64,000 bases of DNA, from NCBI GenBank assembly GCA_050010515.1, contig JBEKKX010000004.1, positions 21,199 through 85,198 of the forward strand, written 5' to 3'. The notes below the pieces were generated by a model, which saw nothing but the letters and a program-made list of their open reading frames with translations, searched no databases and had not been told where the DNA came from. This stretch comes from Candidatus Bathyarchaeia archaeon (lineage in GTDB: Archaea; Thermoproteota; Bathyarchaeia; Bathyarchaeales; Bathycorpusculaceae). Shown here piece by piece: positions 59,485 through 64,000 of the stretch. The first letter of the stretch is position 1. Every line of letters begins with the position of its first letter. The position numbers and the translations under genes are program-made.

Positions 59485-60075
59485 TCAAGCTTTTTTGGTG
59501 AAGAAGAAAACGCCGTAACGCTTGTACGGCTGCATCTGCTTAAGTTTGAAATTGCCCGCTTCAATTTCTGCCTTTAACGCTTCGGGATTTTGAACTGGTG
59601 CGCCGGGAAAGATGCCTTTCTTTATGACCTCCACAATTATCAGCTTACTTTCGGGCTTGAGTATCCTGTTGAACTCTTTTAAAACGGCTTCACTTTCACC
59701 GACTTCATGGTAAACTGTTACGAGAAGAATAATGTCAACTGAGCTGTCCTCTAGTTGAATGTTTGTGCCGTTACTTTGCAAAAACTGAATGTTCATAACT
59801 CCTGCTTTCTCGGCTTTGTTTTGGGCTTTCTTAAGCATCTCGGATGAAAGGTCAACCGCCACCGCCCTTTTGGCTTTTTTTGCGAGTTCTATGGTGTAAT
59901 AGCCTGGTCCACACCCGAAATCTACCGCTACGTCGTTTGGGTTTATGGCAAGTTTTTCTATGAGTTCGGAAGGCGGCTGAATCAACCGTCTTATCGGATT
60001 ATCTAAAAAGAAGGCGCCTGACGCTGAATACGGGTGTCCTTTATGTGACATGTTTACGATTCTCCGGTAAAGCAT
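59485..60075 (-). CDS. Class I SAM-dependent methyltransferase
   Basis: VDFGCGPG, AVDLS and RILKP motifs. Confidence 0.88.
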   Translation of the reverse strand: MLYRRIVNMSHKGHPYSASGAFFLDNPIRRLIQPPSELIEKLAINPNDVAVDFGCGPGYYTIELAKKAKRAVAVDLSSEMLKKAQNKAEKAGVMNIQFLQSNGTNIQLEDSSVDIILLVTVYHEVGESEAVLKEFNRILKPESKLIIVEVIKKGIFPGAPVQNPEALKAEIEAGNFKLKQMQPYKRYGVFFFTKKA

Positions 60076-60292
60076 TTTTTCTTTGGAATTGCTTGTTTCT
60101 TCAAGAATATATGCTTTAAATTAGGCAACGAGAAGTATGAATTATTAGCTCATGCGTTTTGCAATTATTCGTATATGCAACCTCAAGCTAATCTTTGACG
60201 CCTGATAGGATGCATAACCAAAAGAAATTAATGCATAAAAGTATTATTACCCAAACTTGATAATTGCATAGTAAAACACGGCGTGAAGCTTT

Positions 60293-60979
60293 GTGAAAAC
60301 AAATAGAGGTAAAGTCTCAACTGGAATTGCCATAATTTTCATTATCTTTATTCTTTCTTTGACTTGCCCTAATACACAAGCGCAAACTAACATATCCTTT
60401 ACGCCTGCAGACAAATTCTGTACTCCAGAAAATAATGGCAGTATCGGTTTTGCAGTAAATGGCACCTATTCCAACGCAACAGTTGAAAATGACACCTGGA
60501 CTTTTACAAATCTATATCTAACCGGATCGCAGCCTCTTGAAAACTTTGAGATTTCAACTCAAGACTCTAATGTAACAATTTTCTCTTACCGAACATTCAA
60601 CAATACCGCGTTTCAGGACGTACAATTGAGATATGTCGTTGAAGGTAAGGGTAAACAGGTTTTAAACCTTGGTCTTGGCTCCGAAGAAGAGGGATGGGAA
60701 TGGAGTGTTGCTTTCAATGGCATTTTCATTGGTGAAGGTAATTGTTGGAATATTTTGCGTGATGGAACATTAATCGTGACTGGCGCAACTGGCAACGTAA
60801 GCATAATAAACTTGGACTACGGAAATAGTGCGCCTAGTTCAAACTTGCCTTTCTACCAGCAGCATTCAGTAGCCATCATAATAGCAGTAGCGGTTGCTGC
60901 CGCAGTCATTGTCGCCGTCGTGATTAAAGTAAATAGCAGAAAGAATTCGAGTGAAAGTGAGTTGGTGAAAAATGCTTAA
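60293..60979 (+). CDS. Secreted protein with C-terminal TM anchor
   Basis: Signal peptide, N/T-rich beta region and C-terminal hydrophobic helix. Confidence 0.7.
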   Translation: MKTNRGKVSTGIAIIFIIFILSLTCPNTQAQTNISFTPADKFCTPENNGSIGFAVNGTYSNATVENDTWTFTNLYLTGSQPLENFEISTQDSNVTIFSYRTFNNTAFQDVQLRYVVEGKGKQVLNLGLGSEEEGWEWSVAFNGIFIGEGNCWNILRDGTLIVTGATGNVSIINLDYGNSAPSSNLPFYQQHSVAIIIAVAVAAAVIVAVVIKVNSRKNSSESELVKNA

Positions 60980-61030
60980 GCTAATCAGCAAAAGCTTGCA
61001 TTAAGTAAATAAACAATAGGAAGCACAAAG

Positions 61031-62248
61031 ATGCCGTGGGAGAACCCCAGTAACATCGTACTACCAATATACGCCGTAATAGTACTGGTTGGAATCTACC
61101 TTATCTTTAAATTGGCTAAAGATAAAACTAGTAAAGTCAGTTCACTAAGAATATTTATTCAAATAGCCGCCGTCTTTGCCGTTTTTATGGGGCTTATATT
61201 AGGTCCCTTCGATATACCATTATTTCAACCCTTGGGGCCTTCGCCACGCAGCCTGTTATTAGGGGGTAATCTTTTGGGGAACCAGTTTCCAGACGGTCTC
61301 TCTGTTCCTATTTTAGCATGTTACTACCCTAATGGGCGAACAGTTACTTGCCCTATTTGGCAACTTCAAGCTTACATTTTCCCATTTTGGAACTATACAA
61401 GAGGCTATCAGGTTTTATACTCTACCTCAGGTTTGGAAAAGATAGGCATAGTTATAGGCTTAATGGCTTTGGCATCGATTATTTTGGGAAGGTTTTTCTG
61501 CGGTTGGCTATGTCCCTTCGGACTTTACATGGACGTGTTAACACGAATTCGCAAAGCTTCACGGTTGCGGCATTTGCACTTTTCCGAAAAAACAAATACT
61601 GCACTTGCACAATCACGGTATATCATTATTGCGGTTTTTTTGATTCTTAGCGTTATCTTTGCTTCATACGCCATTTTTGGCCATCAACTTATTCCGGGCA
61701 CTACCCCCGGAGGCCCTGAAGGAACCGAAGCTGGAAACGTGGGCTTCCTAAACGAGCCTTTTTGCCAAGTTTGTCCAATGAGACCGCTTTGTGTGTTCAT
61801 AGAGTGCGCTTTAGGCTCAATGAAGTGGTCATACGTCTCCAAAATCGCCTATGGACCACTGTGGACATTAGGCAGTTATGTTACATCCGTAGACTTAGCC
61901 GTCTTAATTGCGATGACGGTTTTAGCTTTAGCTTATAGACGGTTCTGGTGCAGAATCTGCCCGCTAGGCGGGTTAACTGCGTTATTCAGCACTTTCACCC
62001 CTTTCAAACAAATCGCCATGACGCGTTTGCATAAGAACGAGCAAAAATGCACTAAGTGCGGAGTTTGCAAACGTGTTTGCCCAACTCAAGCAACAGATGT
62101 GTACGAGAAGAAAGGGGGCGATGTAACTGAATCCAGATGTATACTTTGCGCACGATGCGTTGAAGCATGCCCCTATGAAGACGCATTGGAATTAAAGTTT
62201 GCAGAAAAAACAATGATGAAATCAAGAAACTGGTTGGAACAACAATAA
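61031..62248 (+). CDS. NapH/MauN-type membrane polyferredoxin (4Fe-4S binding)
   Basis: GRFFCGWLCPFG, RRFWCRICPLG and two CxxCxxCxxxCP motifs. Confidence 0.88.
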   Translation: MPWENPSNIVLPIYAVIVLVGIYLIFKLAKDKTSKVSSLRIFIQIAAVFAVFMGLILGPFDIPLFQPLGPSPRSLLLGGNLLGNQFPDGLSVPILACYYPNGRTVTCPIWQLQAYIFPFWNYTRGYQVLYSTSGLEKIGIVIGLMALASIILGRFFCGWLCPFGLYMDVLTRIRKASRLRHLHFSEKTNTALAQSRYIIIAVFLILSVIFASYAIFGHQLIPGTTPGGPEGTEAGNVGFLNEPFCQVCPMRPLCVFIECALGSMKWSYVSKIAYGPLWTLGSYVTSVDLAVLIAMTVLALAYRRFWCRICPLGGLTALFSTFTPFKQIAMTRLHKNEQKCTKCGVCKRVCPTQATDVYEKKGGDVTESRCILCARCVEACPYEDALELKFAEKTMMKSRNWLEQQ

Positions 62249-62311
62249 ATTAGTAGAATTAGTAGCGTCTTGCTTGATTTCCAAGCCGTTTCTTTCTTGT
62301 CATTTTGATTA

Positions 62312-63061
62312 TTATAGTTTGATTATTGCATTTATTAATTCGGCAATTCCAAGCACTATTAGTATTCCTGCGCCTCCTATTGAAATCCATTTCCGCAATA
62401 AGGGTGCCTTGTTAAGAAGCCAACCGGTAGCTCCTCCCAGCAGTAGCATCGGAGACAAGGCGGTTCCTAAACCAAACAAGACAGCTAAACCCACACTGCC
62501 GATTGGAGTTGAGAAAGGTAACGAATAAATTAAAAGCGCCACCAACGGTGGACAAAGGATTAGTCCTCTGCTTAAACCAAGCGAAAAAGCGCCAAAATCA
62601 AACCCAAACCTGCCTGTCTTTCCCTGTGCAACCGAGGTTTTGCTATTTGGTAAATTGCACTCGCACGGTGACCTTAACTTTAGAAGAACGCTAACGCCAA
62701 TAATCATAGTCACAATGCTGAAGGTAATTGAAGAATAAATTTGAAACGGCGAAATTGCGGTATTAGACAAAGCCAACCTGAACAAACCGCTAAATAAACC
62801 GACTAAACATCCAATTAAGGCGTAAGCTGCTATCCGTCCAGAATTAAAAATCAAAGTGACAACAGTGCCTCTGCGGAAACCCGCACCGATACCTGCAATG
62901 TAACTTGCGATGTAAGGTACACACGCTGCGGTGCAAACAGCTAATCCATATAATAAGCCGCCAGCAAACGCTCCGAGAAACGGATTAGAAACTTCAGGTA
63001 TCAACGACATGAAGAGCCCCCATGGAATATTTAATGAAAGCAAGTAATACGGAGATGTCAT
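62312..63061 (-). CDS. DsbD_2/TauE-like (cytochrome c biogenesis-type) membrane protein
   Basis: CTAACVP, FNSGRIAAY, GLILCPP and FGLGT motifs. Confidence 0.75.
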   Translation of the reverse strand: MTSPYYLLSLNIPWGLFMSLIPEVSNPFLGAFAGGLLYGLAVCTAACVPYIASYIAGIGAGFRRGTVVTLIFNSGRIAAYALIGCLVGLFSGLFRLALSNTAISPFQIYSSITFSIVTMIIGVSVLLKLRSPCECNLPNSKTSVAQGKTGRFGFDFGAFSLGLSRGLILCPPLVALLIYSLPFSTPIGSVGLAVLFGLGTALSPMLLLGGATGWLLNKAPLLRKWISIGGAGILIVLGIAELINAIIKL

Positions 63062-63358
63062 TTAAATCTTACATAATTTGATACTGGCGCCTAATATTTT
63101 TTGAAGAAGACCAGAGGATTTGAACCTCTAGCAAGAGATGTCATCACCAATTGAGCAGTTTTTTCCCCAGCGAGTTTCCCTCTTTTTCTGTCTACATTTT
63201 GGAAAAAAAACGTGCGTGCCCTTTTCCGTATTCGATGTTTTTTTGGCAAGTGAATGGGCGCTCTGCTGACTTCTCGAAAAAGGCTTGCTTTTCAATAAGA
63301 GAAAAAAGGTGTTGTGAAGGTTATTGGAGTCTGTTTCTTGGCTTTGGCTTGTGCGAGT

Positions 63359-64000
63359 TTACTTAGAGAGGAATCTCCATGACAGAACTATTCCGATTGC
63401 AGATAATATTACCGCGAATCCTATCACAACCGCGAAGTCAAGCCATAGACCATTCATGCCTGCCGCTCCAATCAACACCTGTCTTATTCCGTCGACTGCG
63501 TAGCTTACGGGGTTAACTTTTACGACGTCTTGAAGCCAAGCTGGCATTATTTTTACCGGAAACAATGCGTTACTTGCGAATAGCAGTGGGAGGTTGAGCA
63601 GGTTTATGATTGCCATTTGTGTTTGCCAATCACCTGATCTTAGCGCGAGCACCGTGAACAACGCAGATAACCCGACGGCCATAAGGAAGATGATGAGGAA
63701 TGCAGCAGCGATTCCTTGAGGGGTGAAATGTGCCGTATCCATCCCGAGAGCTACTGCAACCACTAGAACTATGGCTGCTTGTATCAGAGATCTACCGACA
63801 CTATTTAGGATTTTGCCCATCACAATTGATCCGCGTGCAACTGGTGTACTCAGAGCTTTGTTTAGGAAACCGAATCTACGGTCGAAGACTACTGACATTC
63901 CGCTGAACGCGGAAGTGAAGAGGACGATGAAAGCAAGCATTCCGCATGACAAGAATGAGAAGTAGCTTGTTGTTCCGAAAAAGCTCTTCAAAATTATGTC
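63359..64000 (-). CDS. ABC-2 type permease (5' end outside the window)
   Basis: DRRFGFL, GKIL, LLFASNALFP and NPVSYAVDGIR motifs. Confidence 0.88.
   Translation of the reverse strand, partial: DIILKSFFGTTSYFSFLSCGMLAFIVLFTSAFSGMSVVFDRRFGFLNKALSTPVARGSIVMGKILNSVGRSLIQAAIVLVVAVALGMDTAHFTPQGIAAAFLIIFLMAVGLSALFTVLALRSGDWQTQMAIINLLNLPLLFASNALFPVKIMPAWLQDVVKVNPVSYAVDGIRQVLIGAAGMNGLWLDFAVVIGFAVILSAIGIVLSWRFLSK

Overview
Archaeal chromosomal window, most consistent with Bathyarchaeia/TACK; this is inferred from the LysW cluster with LysM, XPB-Bax1, archaeal shikimate kinase, ADH synthase/DHQ synthase II and TATA-type promoters. It is dominated by amino-acid biosynthesis: lysWXYZJK, thrB, ilvBN-leuCDBA-pheA and an 11-gene aromatic operon (ask-aroA'-aroB'-aroD-aroE-aroK-aroA-aroC-CM-aminotransferase-tyrA) followed by a glutamine amidotransferase gene. 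The most notable signals are unannotated cis-regulatory elements. (1) A 27-aa leader ORF ending in YYFYYYFY-stop, followed directly by a 10-bp hairpin, precedes the Phe/Tyr operon, and a 16-aa leader ending in VLIL-stop precedes the Ile/Leu/Val operon; together they suggest ribosome-mediated attenuation in an archaeon. (2) A preQ1-I-like riboswitch aptamer overlaps the ribosome-binding region of queT. Mobile-DNA signals are a fully delimited 2,165-bp IS6-family element (24-bp TIRs, 8-bp TSD) carrying a HicAB-like passenger module, an MNT-HEPN cassette flanked by a duplicated pheA 3' end, and a family of dispersed intergenic repeats. I saw no rRNA, tRNA or CRISPR array. All calls come from reading motifs by eye; no searches or folding programs were run.
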